This document shows positions 1 to 13,300 of a stretch of DNA of 64,000 nt, one piece after another. The DNA lies in the NCBI RefSeq assembly GCF_009834535.1, contig NC_045697.1, positions 117,864,001-117,928,000 of the forward strand, written 5' to 3'. Positions within the stretch are counted from its first letter, which is position 1; each line of letters begins with the position of its first letter. Both the position numbers and the translations under genes were made by a program. The stretch comes from Camelus ferus (Eukaryota). The notes under the pieces were generated by a model. It saw only the letters and a program-made list of their open reading frames with translations, made no database searches and had not been told where the DNA came from.

Positions 1-200
1 TCCCTTACAACAAGGAATTGAGACCATTATTTTGATCCCATTTCTTTTTTCAAGGTCATTTAAAGGTTGGGATCATCTGGTAATTATGGTTCATATGAAA
101 CTTGGGGCTTGTATTGGATAACTTTTTTCAGAAGTTAGTTTGAAACCCATAATTTTTAAAATGTCTAAGTGTGTGTTCATGCCTGTGTTTTTACTTTTAG

Positions 201-396
201 GAGTACAAGATCCCCAGCATGAGCGAATTATTACTGTGTCTACTAATGGAAGTATTCACAGTCCGAGGTTCCCTCATACTTACCCGAGAAATATGGTCTT
301 GGTGTGGAGATTAGTAGCAGTAGAGGAAAATGTGTGGATACAGCTCACATTTGATGAAAGATTTGGGCTCGAAGACCCAGAAGATGACATATGCAA
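201..396 (+). CDS. PDGFC: PDGFC coding exon (equivalent to human exon 2), N-terminal half of the CUB domain
   Basis: Translates to (G)VQDPQHERIITVSTNGSIHSPRFPHTYPRNMVLVWRLVAVEENVWIQLTFDERFGLEDPEDDIC(K), recognisable as PDGF-C. Acceptor ttacttttag|GA at 200/201, donor TGCAA|gtaagt at 396/397, length 196 nt. Confidence 0.97.
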
Positions 397-633
397 GTAA
401 GTTATCACACTCGAAATGCCCGCAGAGTGTAACAACTCTTACAGTCTTTCCAGTTGCTTCACTTTGATGATGTGATTTTCAATGCCATCTTTTGTTCTGT
501 TATATTTTTCTGATGAGCCAAGAAATTTACAGCCTTGTTTATGGTATGTTTCTGTCTACTTCCGAAAATAATTTGAGGTGATGTGTGGTCAAAAATACAT
601 ATAGAGTAAAACAATTTAAAATAAGGAATAGAG

Positions 634-789
634 GGGGGAGGGTATAGCTCAGTGGTAGAGTGTCTGCTTAGCATAGCATGCACGAGGTTCAATCCCCAGT
701 ACCTCCATTAAAATATACATGTAAATAAATAAACCTAATTACCTCCCCCCCAAAGAAAAAGTCAAAATAAGTAAATTAATTAATTAAAA
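634..789 (+). mobile_element. tRNA-derived SINE, Vic-1-like (camelid)
   Basis: ggggagggtatagctcagtggtagag (A box) ... gttcaatcccc (B box) with an A-rich tail. Perfect 16-bp TSD aaaataaggaatagag at 618-633 and 790-805. Confidence 0.9.
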
Positions 790-1544
790 AAAATAAGGAA
801 TAGAGAATTAAAAAGCCACGTAAAGGGATGCAGTGTGCCAGAGTTACCGTTAGTGCCCACAATTTTACGTTTGAGCTTCCTCATAACCAATTCAATAAAA
901 CAGATAGTAAATTATTAAAAGAAAAAGCAGTATGCATGGATACTTAGAGTACCCACAGGTACACATATAGATAAATACACATACAGGACGAAGAAGTTTG
1001 AATATTTCATCACAAGGAAGAAACACACGTTCTGAAAGCAGATTTAGGAATGTCAGCTGACATTCCAGTTGGCCAGGTAGAAATTCACCGTAATTCTCCT
1101 AGAAGTGCTCACGAACCAAAGTCAGCTAGAGCATTTCACCCGGGCAAAGGACCACCTGCCGCATGGCATACAAATACTACTCCGTAAACCCTGTGTGCAT
1201 ACACTTGTCAAGGTTGGGCGGTCTCATGGGAGACTTTGACTTCAGTGGCATTTGTGTATCATGCAAATATTTTCCCTGAGCTTCTCTGCAGGGTTCTTTA
1301 TTTTCTCTTTGGTATACAAGTTCAAAGAGAATTTTCGCTTTACGGTGTATTACAGATAAATATTTTAGTCCAGATGAAATAAACTTTATACTTGCTGTCA
1401 CCATAATTTGTATCCTGACCATTTATATAGCGAGTTACATTGTGTTTCAGTTTCTTCTTTCTGTGGCTCTGCAGCTCAGGTTATTTTTTCCCTTACATGT
1501 GTAACCTTAGCCTTTGAGAACTAGACGTTGTCCTAGCTGTTGTT

Positions 1545-1680
1545 AGAGATGGTGTTTTCCAGCCCTTCATTTTATAGGTGAGGACACAGGGGCCAGAGAA
1601 GCCAAGTGAGCAGCGTGAAGTCTCATTCATGGTTTCTAACTAAACTGATTTTCAAATCCGTTTTCCCCACAGTGCTGTAG
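1545..1680 (-). mobile_element. MIR fragment
   Basis: cccttcattttataggtgaggacacaggggccagagaag resembles the MIR core (cccattttacagatgaggaaactgaggc). Boundaries are approximate. Confidence 0.5.
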
Positions 1681-2379
1681 ATAGTTTATCACCACGTTAA
1701 ACCGCAGCTCTTGCCTTCTTGTCATACGGAGGGTCACATAATCCTGTCAAAATTGCCAAGGGTCTGAGATTTTGCCCTCCCCGCAGAGGAGCAGGTGAGC
1801 CTAGCACGGCTGCATGGACGCCGACCGCAGACCTGAGGCTCCCGGGTCATTGACAAGGGACTGAGGACAGCACTCGCCAGAGGACCAGTGCTCTCTGGTC
1901 CCGTCCCCACAGGTCCGGGCCAGGAGGGCCACGTGGCCCCTGCGCACCTGGTGGTTTACGTGGCAGGAGAGGCAGCACTGGAAGTGCATGTGTGGGTGAC
2001 TGTGATGCATTTATTAATTGTCAGATGATAAAAAAAAATAAACTGTCGTACAGAATGCCTCACCTCACGTGGGACTCAGCTTCACTCAGCCTGAGACTCA
2101 ACCCCAGAAAAGTGGCTCTTCCGATAGTTCTGAGATCCCTTTCCTTGTGCCAGCCTGAGAGCACCTGCTTCTCAGTCCTGCAACACAATCATTGTCCTGA
2201 CTTCCCTTTTTGACTCTGTCTCCTGATTTTCTCTATTTTACCGCATGTACGGATTTCCCTCTGTACTATCCCATGAAAAGTAAATTACTTTTTGCTTGCT
2301 TTGCGTGATCCGATGGGACCATGCTGTGTGTTCACTGTTGTGACTTGGTACGCATCTCAAAACAAGCAGACTAAGCAGT

Positions 2380-5300
2380 ACTGTGTTTTTCAGTTCACGT
2401 CGATGTGGATAGCTTCCATCTTCTGTTTTCCCTGATGGACAGTGTTTTGTTGAATAAACAGGCAGTCTTTCTGGAATCTTCTACTTTGATGAATCTTTGG
2501 CTTGTTTCCAGTTCTTTCTCCAAAAGTGCAAGGAAACGTTCTCGGAGTCTGTAGCTAAGAACAGTACTGCTATCTTAAGACATTAATACTTTTCAGCTTT
2601 ACGAGGTGGAATCAAATTATTTTTAGCAGTGACCAATTTACACTTCTACCAACAGTATACAAAAACTTGTTTTCCTGCATCCTCCCCAACCTTTTCATCT
2701 GGCATTCCTCTAATTATGGGTAGTGTGGTTAAGTGTAAAATTGTGCCTCAGTGTTAAGCTCTATCTATTTTTTCTTATGACTAATAAGGCTGAGGATTTT
2801 TTCACTTTGTTTCCAGCTGCTCAGATTTCCTCCTCTGTGACATGCCTCCTCATGCCTTCTGCTCAGTTTTTAATGGACTCTCTGGTTATTTAATAGATTA
2901 TTTGGAAAAGAATTGACATCCTTATAGTAATGACACTTCCTGTCCTTGAGAACTTTGTTTCTCCTTTTATTCTGGTCTTTATTGTCCATATGGTTTTAAA
3001 ATATTCTTTCTAAGGATTTATAAATCTTTTATAAAGATGTGGTGCATCATTATTTGCATTTATTTCTTTGGTTTTTAATAGACTGTTGCTAAAGTCCCTT
3101 TTTGAAATTGACATTTCTAATCGTATATTGCTGATGTATAGAAATGCAGTCGATTCTTAGTATCGATCTTCTGTCTAGCGAACTTGCTAAACTCTTTTAC
3201 TTTAATCATTGTTCTGGCAGTTATTTTGGATTTATGCAAAAAAATCATGTGGTTTGTGAAAAAGATTCTCTCTGGCTTTCAGTTCTTTCACTCTTTTTCT
3301 ATCTCTTACTAAGTTGTCGATTGCATTGGGACGTATCTCCAGCTTCTTCCTGGTTTTAGAGTTTGCTTCTCTTAAAAATCAAACACTTTAAAATTTGGAG
3401 TAACTTTAGATTTACAGAATGTGGTGAAGGTGGCACAAACAGTTTCCATGATGCCATGTCCCTCCGTGGCCACATCTTCTGGAACCAGGACACCTTTGCA
3501 CAACCACGGGGTTAGTGTTCACACAGTACTGTTAACTAACCTACACACTTTCTTCAGGTGTCAGCATCTTTCCCCTCCCTGTCCTTTTTCTGTTTCAGGA
3601 GCCTCTCCAGTATGAACATTGCATTTAGCCTCTCGCCTTTCAGTCTCTTCCAGTCCGTGGCAATTTCTCTTCCCTTGTATTTCATGAGCTTAACACTCTT
3701 GAAGAGTATTAGTCAGGTATTTCGTAGAATATTCCTCAGTTTAGGGTCTTCAGAGGATTTCTCATGATTCCCCGTGGGTGATGAGTTTGGAGGAGGGATG
3801 CCAGATCGGTGAGACGCCCTTCTGTTCATAGCATAGCGGAGGGTGCCTGCTGTGAACCCCGCCTACCCTGATGCTGTTGACTGTGATCCCTTGGGCAGGG
3901 CGGGCTTCTCGTCTGGGGAGGAGTCGCAGTCCCTCTCATGAGCTGTTGTTTGGAGACAGGTAACCAAGTCTAGCCCACGTTCAAGGAGGTAGTGGTTAAG
4001 TTCCACCTTCTGGAGGGGGGGATATATACAATCTACCATTTGGAATTCTTCAGTAAAGAAAACTGTGCCTTCTCCTTCCCTCCCTCCCCCACACTGTCCA
4101 TCCTTCCTCCTTTCCTTCCTTTATTTCTTCCATCATTTATATCAGTATAGACTCAGGGATATTCATTATATTCAGCGTGTTATAATCCAGTGCTATTGTT
4201 GTTCAGTTTGTTGCTGAAATTGTTTCACCTTTGGCCCCTGGAATTTAAAGATTTGCTGTTTACATACTGATATTGACTAAGAAGATCGATGCAGATTTTC
4301 TTACTATTTGAAGTATATGATTTTCTTGTATTATTTGTTCTTTACCTACGAGGCATTTTTCCCCCTTTGAGAAACATGTTTTATTCTTTTCATTTTGCTT
4401 TCAAAGGTAAGTTACAGACATGATGAGATTTTACTTCATGAACTAGGAGATTTCCAACCAATTGTCTACAACAGTGTCACGTGCAGGAAATGTAACATTA
4501 GTATCGAACTATCACCAGATACATAGTGGATTTTCCAGTGTTTCCCATGATCCCAAAATGTTACCACTTCTTTATTTTCTTTTTCTCCTATTATGTTTTG
4601 ATTCAGTAATTGACCATTGATTACGTTCAGTTATTGTAACTCTTTTGTTGGCTCTCTCAACACTGCTGTTTTCTTTGACCAGTCCAGCCTGTTTGTCCTG
4701 CAGAACATCTCTCAATTTCAGTTTTCCCGCGTATGTCTTCGTAATTAAGCTTTGCTGAAAGATTCTGGCCGGAATGTTCTCGAGGGGATGGGCGCTCCTG
4801 ACTGACTGCTCAGAGTGTTGCTTATTGTATTCTCGGTGACACGAATTTGCTTTTTCTATCCCGTGTTAGATGCGTCCTGCCAGTTTTGATAATGTAGTAT
4901 TTTAATTTTGTCACTTGAGGATTTTAATAATATCCATTGTTTTCTTCTTTTAAACCATAGATCATATATAGGAGCATATTGTTTGGTTTTCTACGTTAAA
5001 TTTATAAGGTTTTTAAAATGCATTTTTACTATAGATTCCTAAATTAATTGTATTTTGGATAGTGAATACGGCCCTTTGTGATTATCTGAAAGTTAAGACT
5101 TGGCTTCATTTGCTTCCATTTTTTAAATTTTCCGAATGCGCCGCCCTTCCGCTGTGGGCGGCACCGTCGCCTGATGTGCGGGTACCTCACTTTTTGCACT
5201 TGTGCTGATGGCGGCATCCGTATCTTTCCTGATGTTGTTTTCTTCCTGATACACCAATTACTGAGAGAGACGTGCTAAAGCTTCCTAACAGAGGATAAGT

Positions 5301-5520
5301 ATATTTATCAGCTTTGCCTTGTAGGGTGTAGGGCTGTCAGTTTGGGTTTTTATGTTTTTAAATCGTGCCGGTTGGTGCGTGTGAGCTCAGAGGTCTGAGC
5401 TGGTTTACTCATTATTAATGTTTTGTTTTTACTTCAGAGTGTATTGTGTCTGATGTTTGTGTAGCTGCAGCAGGTGATTGTGGTTGTTATTTGCCTGGAA
5501 ATCTTTCCCCTGTTACTTTC
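2380..5520 (-). mobile_element. Mosaic of ancient, highly diverged antisense L1 (L1M-type) fragments
   Basis: T-rich strand bias with L1-like phrases such as tttcttatgactaataaggctgagg, gaattgacatcc and tattgctgatgtatagaaatgca. Boundaries are uncertain. Confidence 0.5.
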
Positions 5521-5536
5521 AACCTTCCTGTGTCCT

Positions 5537-5538
<2 letters not shown>

Positions 5539-5594
<56 letters not shown>
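5539..5594. repeat. (GT)28 microsatellite
   Basis: Uninterrupted GT dinucleotide run, read directly. Confidence 0.97.
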
Positions 5595-5597
<3 letters not shown>

Positions 5598-5741
5598 TAC
5601 GTGCATGTTACTGTGTGTCTGTGTGTTTTGGTTGTCTCTTGTGAGAAGAACATGAGAAACATTAAAAATGCAACTAAAAAAACTTTATAGTTTCACTTAG
5701 GAACTTACTCCAGAACATTGATTCTTAGTATGCATATTTTA

Positions 5742-6211
5742 TTTTATTTTATTTTTTGGAGTTTAGTCAGTTTCTGGTGTACAGCATCATATCTCAGTCA
5801 TACATATACATACATAAATTTGTTCTCATATTCTTTTTCACCATAAGTTACTACAAGATATTGAATATAGTTCTCTGTGCTATACAGTATAAAGTTGTCG
5901 TTCATCTATTTTATATATAGTAGTTAGTATCTGCAAATTCCAAACTCCCAATGTATCCCTCCCACCCCTTTCCCCTGGTAACTATAATTTTGTTTTCTAT
6001 GTCTTTGAGTCTGTTTCTGTTTTATAAATAAGTTCATTTGTGTCATTTTTTGGTAAGATCCCACATATAAGTGATACTATCATATGGTATTTTTCATTCT
6101 CTGTCTGGATTACTCCACTTAGAATGACAATCTCCAGGTCCATCCATGTTGCTGCAAATGGCATTATTTCATTATTTTTATGGCTGAGTAGTATTCCACT
6201 CAGTAGAAATC
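5742..6211 (-). mobile_element. 5'-truncated young L1 (end of ORF2 plus 3' UTR)
   Basis: Closely matches the L1 copies at 48.9 kb and 56.6 kb (tttctggtgtacagcat...atggctgagtagtattcca). 15-bp TSD agtatgcatatttta at 5727-5741 and 6212-6226. Confidence 0.9.
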
Positions 6212-6856
6212 AGTATGCATATTTTAGGTTGAAGGCTGGTATTTATTTTGCCCATTCCGTTTCTGCTCATTTTTCTGATTCTCTGTTTCTTTTCTTGCAT
6301 TGGTTTAGTTTCTCTTCTTACCCCATTTTCTGTTGTGCTAATTTAGAAAGTATACACCTATTTCTGCTTTTAAGTGGCTACCTTGGAAATCCACGTTGAA
6401 CTTAATATCTAGGGCGAGTTCATATCTACCCACCTTCCCAGATACAAAATCACCTGAGGGCGTCGGACTGCTATGGGAAGAGCCCTGGCCCAGCTCACAT
6501 GCCCTGCTGACAAGACAGGGCAGAGTTTACTGCTCACCGCGGTGACAGGGAGACCACCGGACAGCCTTGGGGAGTCTGGGGTCGGGAGCGGGACCAGATT
6601 TTCTTGAGGATTTGAAGTTGGATTTCAAATGCTTTGTATGTTTTGATGTCACAAGTTAAGCACGTGTTGTTATTGTTTCGTGTAATCATTGTTTCTGTAG
6701 CTGTACCTCTGTGTCTGCTTTTGGTGCAAATGATTTCTTCTTGCGTTTTGGAATTGTAGGGGTGGGATTATTTTATTTCTTTAAGTACAGTCTTCAACTT
6801 CAAGTGAAAGCCTGTTGGAAGTAAATACTCAATTATTTATTTGAAAAGTTCTGTGT

Positions 6857-7335
6857 TTCAACTTCATTCTTAGAAGTTGGTCAGACTCAATATGGAATTT
6901 GGGGTTCACTTTTATTCTTGGAAGTTGGTCAGATGGGACATGGAATTTTAGGTTCATCCTCATTCTTGGAAGTTGATCAGTCTGGACATGGAATTTTAGA
7001 TTCATCCTCATTCTTGGAAGTTGATCAGTCTGGACATGGAATTTTAGGTTCACCCTCATTCTTGGAAGTTGATCAGTCTGGACATGGAATTTTAGGTTCA
7101 CCCTCATTCTTGGAAGTTGATCAGGCTGGACATGGAATTTTGGGTTCACCCTCATTCTTGGAAGTTGATCAGGCTGGACATGGAATTTTAGATTCACTCT
7201 CATTCTTGGAAGTTGATCAGTCTGGACATGGAATTTTAGGTTCACTCTCATTCTTGGAATTTGATCAGACTGGACATGGAATTTTCAGTTCACCCTCATT
7301 CTTGGAAGTTGGTCAGGCTGGACAGGAATTTTTGG
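6857..7335. repeat. 48-bp minisatellite, 10 tandem copies
   Basis: Consensus unit ttcaccctcattcttggaagttgatcagtctggacatggaattttagg. Units start at 6857, 6905, 6953, 7001 ... 7289. Confidence 0.95.
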
Positions 7336-10300
7336 CTGTGCATTGGTGTTTTTCTCCATAATGTGAAGATGCCATTCCACTGTCTTAAGTGTTGAGAAGT
7401 TAGGTCAGATTACTGCTGAGACACCCCCGCAGCCTCCCATTGGGTGGTACATTCAGGGTGGGAAGGAAGGATGGAGCTAGGACCCCGCCCAGGCCCCTGT
7501 GTACCACCCGTGGCCCGTGAACCCCTGCTCCTGCGTACTGAGGCTCGGCGGAGACCCACAGGATCCAGAGCATATTTGTCTCACTGTAATCTTGGTGTCT
7601 TGTGCCTGTTTGTCCTCCTGAGAACTCTCTTATTGCCCTGACAGTTCAGTATTGCATTAAAGACAGTGGTTTTCTTTGAATCATTTATTCAGCAATTTTT
7701 ATCGTGCTGTGCCAAGAGGAATTTCACTGCCTTTGTCTACCGCGTGGCTGGAAGCAAGACTGTTTCAAGCAAAGTAAAGTTTCTCTTAACAGGATTCAGC
7801 ACTCTCAAGTTTAAATTTAAAGTTGATTTTTTAAAAAATGGCAAAATCAACTTTTCTCCATGACAGTGCTAGAGAAATAAAATACAGATGTGCTGTTGCT
7901 GAAATGCATCTTATGAATGTAAACTGCCCCATTTTCAGTATTTTTTTCAAGCCTGAAACATAGGAGAGTCTGGAAAATGTGAATCAGTGTTTCAGCTGTG
8001 TCTGTAAAAGGACAGACTCCAGTGAGATGTTTGACATTTTCCCCATGGCCCTAGAGGCTTCTCAAATCATATTTTATAAAGAAAGAGATAGAGTTGTGTC
8101 TTTCTGCTGCTGAAGATGGATGTTATTACAAAGAGCAAAGCAAGTCAGAGGCAAATTAGGTTCCATTGCTTTAACAGCCTGAGAAGGTGTGCAGGCAGCA
8201 TGGTGGAGGTGTCGGTGTGGGGCTGGAGCAGAGGGACGGGGAGTGTGTGTGTGTGTGTGTGCGCGCATGAGAGTGCACTTTGGTGTAAAAAATACCGAAA
8301 TAGGTCTTGTTTTTTAAAATTGTCTGTGCCTGAGTGGCTCTTACATGAGTGACATATGGTGTCCTTAAACGGTCTTATTTTTAGTGGAAAACTTTTTTAA
8401 AAATATTTTTTGTTTGTTTTCCTTCTGACCTAAATAATTTATACTTACTATACGGTGTATTTTACAAAGAGAAAGACCGTAAGGAACAGCATTTAAAACC
8501 AATCAGTCCAATTTAACATAGTGTCTCTGTCTCACCAAAAACAGCTGACTTTCTTTTGGAGGAAACTCTCATCAGTCCAATGGGGAAAGAATTTAACGAT
8601 AGAAATGCTAAATACACTAAATGAAATAAACACTTTTTTTTTTAATATTTAGAATTTGAGGTGATCAAAATTGTTCGTTTTTGAAGCCGTCTCTTAGACA
8701 CTTTCCTCACTTCCTGCTGTTTGCAGTGGAATCCATGTGGCCTCGTTGTTTGCTCATGTACTTCTTGAATTCAAGGCGCATGTTCTGATCACCGTGTGAG
8801 GTCGGAGGGGGCTGCGCCCTCAGGTAGCTCACAGTCTGGGGAAAGAGGCAGACGAGTAAGTAGGCAATTAAGATCAAGGCCACCAGCCCCCGAGGATGTT
8901 TGTAAACACAGAGCCCGGTCATTACCGTAACTGGCGGCATCTAGATTGCTCTGTTGACCATTCTCTATTTGAGACTTAACTGTGTATCTTACCAGCAACA
9001 GTCTCCAAAAAACTGCTGTTCATTATTATGGAGAAAGTGGGTGCAGACATGAACCCACCAGGCAGACCTCAAAGACCCACTCACTCTCTCTGTTTCCCTC
9101 CAGTAGCCAGAACGTTCGAGCATAGTGTAGATTTCTTATATCAGCTTCTCAAGGACAGTGCAAGCTATAGCTGCTAACATTTTGAAGGAAACAATTATTT
9201 TATGAAAAGGAACAGAAAATATTTCTTAGTTCCGCTGCCATGCAACTGAAATAAAGGGAGACAGTGTTATTTAGCCGGTAATGACCCTTAGAGACCCGTC
9301 CGTGCGTCATAAAGAGTTAATTTTTCAAGCCAGATGTTTGCATGAGCCCCTTGTACTGACGAAGGGAGGGAAAAGGCAGCGCTAGTCATGATTGGGCATA
9401 AAGGACCTTACCCTTTAGCCCTGAGAGGTCCAAAGGCCTCCCGGGAAGCCCCAGGCCTCCGTGATCTCCAGAACCGGGGCTCGGAGTGCGCAGTTGGGCA
9501 GGAATGAGCACCTCTGACTGAGAATCCCAGTCCTGTTCAGATGGAAGAAAAGCTCAGGTGGGACAAAAGCGTCGGTGCCTTTGGAAGGTGCGCTGTGGGA
9601 ACCCTGACGTAAGACGGGATGAGCTTTGCCTGGTGTTCTCCCGTGTGCCTCCCGGACCCCTTTCCAGGGGTAAGGGGACCAGGTTGGCTTGGAGCCCTGA
9701 TTATTCATTCCCAAGACTTTCTGAAAGGGCCTGTCTGAGCAGAAGCAAGTGCAGGTGGGCTACCTAAACAGATCACTGCCCTTTTAAGGAAGAAGGGGAG
9801 AAAATTCAGTTAAAATAAAATAATAGGTGGGTTTTGGAGGACTGAGCCCTCCAGACAGAGCGAGGCTGGTTCCCGGGAGCAGGCGGGGCTGTGGGGTGTG
9901 GCTGGGGGCGGGGCTGTCCCGGGGGCGGGGCTGGTTCCGGAGCCCTTGGGATGCTGGGCTGATGGGTTTGGATTGCCTTCTTTTGCTCTCCGAAGCTAAA
10001 CCCTTAGTGGCAGACAGAGCATGTTCTGGTCTCTATTATTTTAGATGAAAAATCTGACAGAAGCCACGCAAAACAGATGGAAGAAGAGTTTAAGGGCACT
10101 TAGAAGAGATGAAAAGAATTTTATTTCTCAGACACAAAACTTCACAGGTTGATAGTTGCTCAGCCCCACCCTTGGCCTGATTGTTCTCCTCTTCATCTAA
10201 GGACAGCACGCACCCTCCTTTCTCACCGTCACCTGCTTCTTTGTTAAACTCCGTGTCGGGGAGGGCGGAAGTGGGGGCTCAGGGACTGTGTGCGCCTGAA

Positions 10301-13300
10301 CTCTCCATTGGGATGGATGCTTTGTACTTCAAAACGCCATCCTCTTGGTCCCAGGGCACAAGTTTTGGGAGGAACACAATAACCAATTTCAACACTGCTG
10401 ACAATCTAAATGTTTATATTAAAGACAGACCAAGGAATAACTTAGTGTGTTAAGTGGCTGCTCTGTTGCAGGGAAGAGCCGCCTTCCTCATTCCTCCAAG
10501 GGTTGGGTCAGGTTCCCACGGGCTCAGAGCGGAGCCGAGGGTACGAGGCGCTGCTGGGTAGCTTCCGGGAGCCCTGCTGCTACAGCCCTGCTGCAAGTGT
10601 GCTGGAACAGAATACATCCCCCTACTAGGGAACGGCGTGAGTTGACAGTGGGATTCGTACAAGAGTCACTCTAGGATTCTTTGAGTTTCAAATAATCACA
10701 AAAAATTAGCCAGTAGCCGACTTAAAAAGGAAACGTTTGGATCTGTTACTGAATGTTTCAGGAATGGGCTTCATCCAGGTTTTGAATGGTGTCACCCACT
10801 CTGTCTCTTTTTCTGCGTCCGTAGACCTGCTTCCCCCAGGGTTGACTTTCTCCTCCATCAGTCCGTCTTCGTAAAATGGCAGAAAAAAACAGAGAAGTGC
10901 CCAGATTTTAGCACATGCGGTCTTTGAAAGGGCCAGAACTTTTCCTGCCAAAATTCTCGAAAGAGTTTTGCTTGGCCTGGTTTGAGCCAGGTAGCCACCC
11001 CGGACCAGTTACCACAGGGGGAGCTACGAGCAGGTGTTACGGTGCCTGGCGAGATTTGGGTCACCTGCCCATCCTGAAGTGATGGACTGTACTGGTGGAA
11101 AAATGGTTCCTGAAAGCCAAACTTTCTTTTCCCATCAAAAGGAGGAAGAAGTGTTGGTGGTGCAAAAATCACCATCCCCAGGATTGCTGTTGAGACCCAG
11201 AAGGAGTTAAGGGCAGCTCTGACATGTACACCTATTGTTTTTCTTGCCGGCACTTGTGGCCACAGAATCCAGTTCTCTTTAGAGTGAAGACGTTGCCCTT
11301 TCCAGCATCTCTTTTGAGTACAGTTAGCTCAATGTCGTAATTTATAGTTTTGTTATCCTTTGACCTCTGTAGCAATTACTTTTGTAACTTAAAAAAAAAA
11401 AAAAAAGGCATTCCCGAGAGGGCTCAAAATGAAGGGTGGGGATCTGACCAAGTCTGAGATCAAGGGACTCTGCCCTTGGCTTAATGAGATGTTTTGGTTT
11501 TATGTTTTGAAATGTTCAAAATCAACATTCCAGCCGAGAAAGAATGAGTCGTGTAGCTCCCAGCACACATGTCTGGCTCGCCCAGTGCTGTCTGTTTCAG
11601 ATCGTCTACCTTTGTCCCGGGGCCTGTCCACCCTCCCCTGCTCCCAATACCACCCTCTTGTTTTGCTTTCCATCCCTGCCCTTCCTGTTTATTGCCCAGG
11701 TATTACTTTCCCGCAGTGATGCAGCAGGAGTTTGATGGTTTTTGCAGTCTGCGAGGATTTGGGGAGTATTTAGGTACCACCCAGTGCCAGGTCTGTACTT
11801 GGAGTTGCTACCGTGTCTTCCTTTGGGGTGATGGTGGGATCTTCGGTTTGACTTTCCCACTGGCACAGTGATACACATGGGCAACTTCTGGGACCAAAGA
11901 AATGCCCATATCACTGGCTAGCTAGCTGGTTATCTTTCTGTATCTTTTTACCCCCAAAGAAAAACCACCCAAGATCAATATACAGCACCAGAGTAACAAA
12001 GGACCTCTACGTGTATGAACCTTAAATATACTGTTATAATTCTGCACTGGCCTCTCACTCCTAAACTTAGTGTTTTATGCAGTTGAAAAAGGCAAAAACC
12101 AGCTATTTGCTTTTTGTTGTTGTTCGAACTTTGAAGACAGTGCATTGGAGAAACGTACCTTTTCTCCTTTCTGGAGTGCTGTATTAATATAGCACAATTA
12201 TTACTGGTTTTGTAATTTTTCCTGATTTTGCCCTTCCCTGACTCTTTAAAAAAACGTTTCCTCCCTCCACCCAAGTGTTGAACTTGATTGTACTGTTGGT
12301 CTGTTTTGAAATGCGTTGCCCGGTTTCTCTTCAGTGTTTCTGGACGTAAACTCATCTTGGTGATAAGAGCATGGCTGTTCCAAATGCCAGAATGACTTCT
12401 GACTATTCCAAGCTTTCCACTAAATATATTTTATCTGTGATTAGCCATTTGACTAACAATACTGGCTAACAGATGTTGCGAAACAAAGCAAAAGCAAAAA
12501 ACAAAAAAACCCCAAAAGAATTTCTCTATTGTTTGCTTTCCTGTTAATTTTGGTTTAAAATATGTTTGCACTTGTCTGACTTGTGTTTGATCAACATTGA
12601 TTAGCATATTAAAAATCACACTGAGCCTACCTAAAAAAAATAAAGGAAAGAAAAATTTGTATCTCCCGTGTTAAACTATTAATACCATTTTGCTATATAG
12701 CTTTCAAACCGCAGGCTTTTTTCAATTCAGCTGGCCGTGACTCTGAGAGCTGGGCTGGGTTCAGATGCCAGCTCTCTTTAGGGAACAGTCTGACTTCTGA
12801 AGAAGTCCGTCTTTAAGTAGGCCACCTCCTCTGGCTTTTATAGGACAGGGAGATGCTGACTTAGGGTTTACTCCTAACTGATTGATGGAGTTGTTTCTAA
12901 TTATGATTTGAGTTCCCATCTAATGTTTTTGACAGAACGAATCAGAAGACGTAAGTTTCACAAAAAGATGATTATTTTGCTGTGCCATTGACAGAGGTTA
13001 AGTCGGAGTGTTTAACAAAACCCTTCCAAGTTCAGCTTGAGCAATGTCATCGCGCCTGATTTGTGTGTGAAGGTGAGGATGGGAGTTAAGGGCCACCTTC
13101 CTGGCTTCCTTGGCCTTGCTGGTCGCCCCTACAGCTCCGTTTGTGGCAGCAGGGATGGCATGAGTATTGTCCTCTTGTCCACGTTCACTGCAGGTAAGGC
13201 AGGGCCCCTGTGTGCCCCAGGGGGCTGATTCTGTGAAGGCAAGAAGCAAGTACGATCATTCACTGAAAGTAACAGAAAGAACAGAAATAAGAGGACTTTC

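Noticed and set aside
140..200. N-terminal extension MKPIIFKMSKCVFMPVFLLL of ORF 140-400 as a signal peptide
   Set aside because: It is intronic read-through over the polypyrimidine tract and AG acceptor. PDGF-C similarity begins at 201, and the true signal peptide is in an upstream exon outside the window.
634..710. tRNA genes at this and the similar A-box/B-box loci
   Set aside because: They have A-rich tails, TSDs and divergent bodies, so they are tRNA-derived SINEs rather than functional tRNAs.
6857..7335. CRISPR-like array, or repeat proteins from ORFs 6829-7251(-) and 6918-7361(+)
   Set aside because: The units are contiguous with no unique spacers, the context is a mammalian intron and there are no cas genes. 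The ORFs exist only because the 48-bp unit is a multiple of 3.
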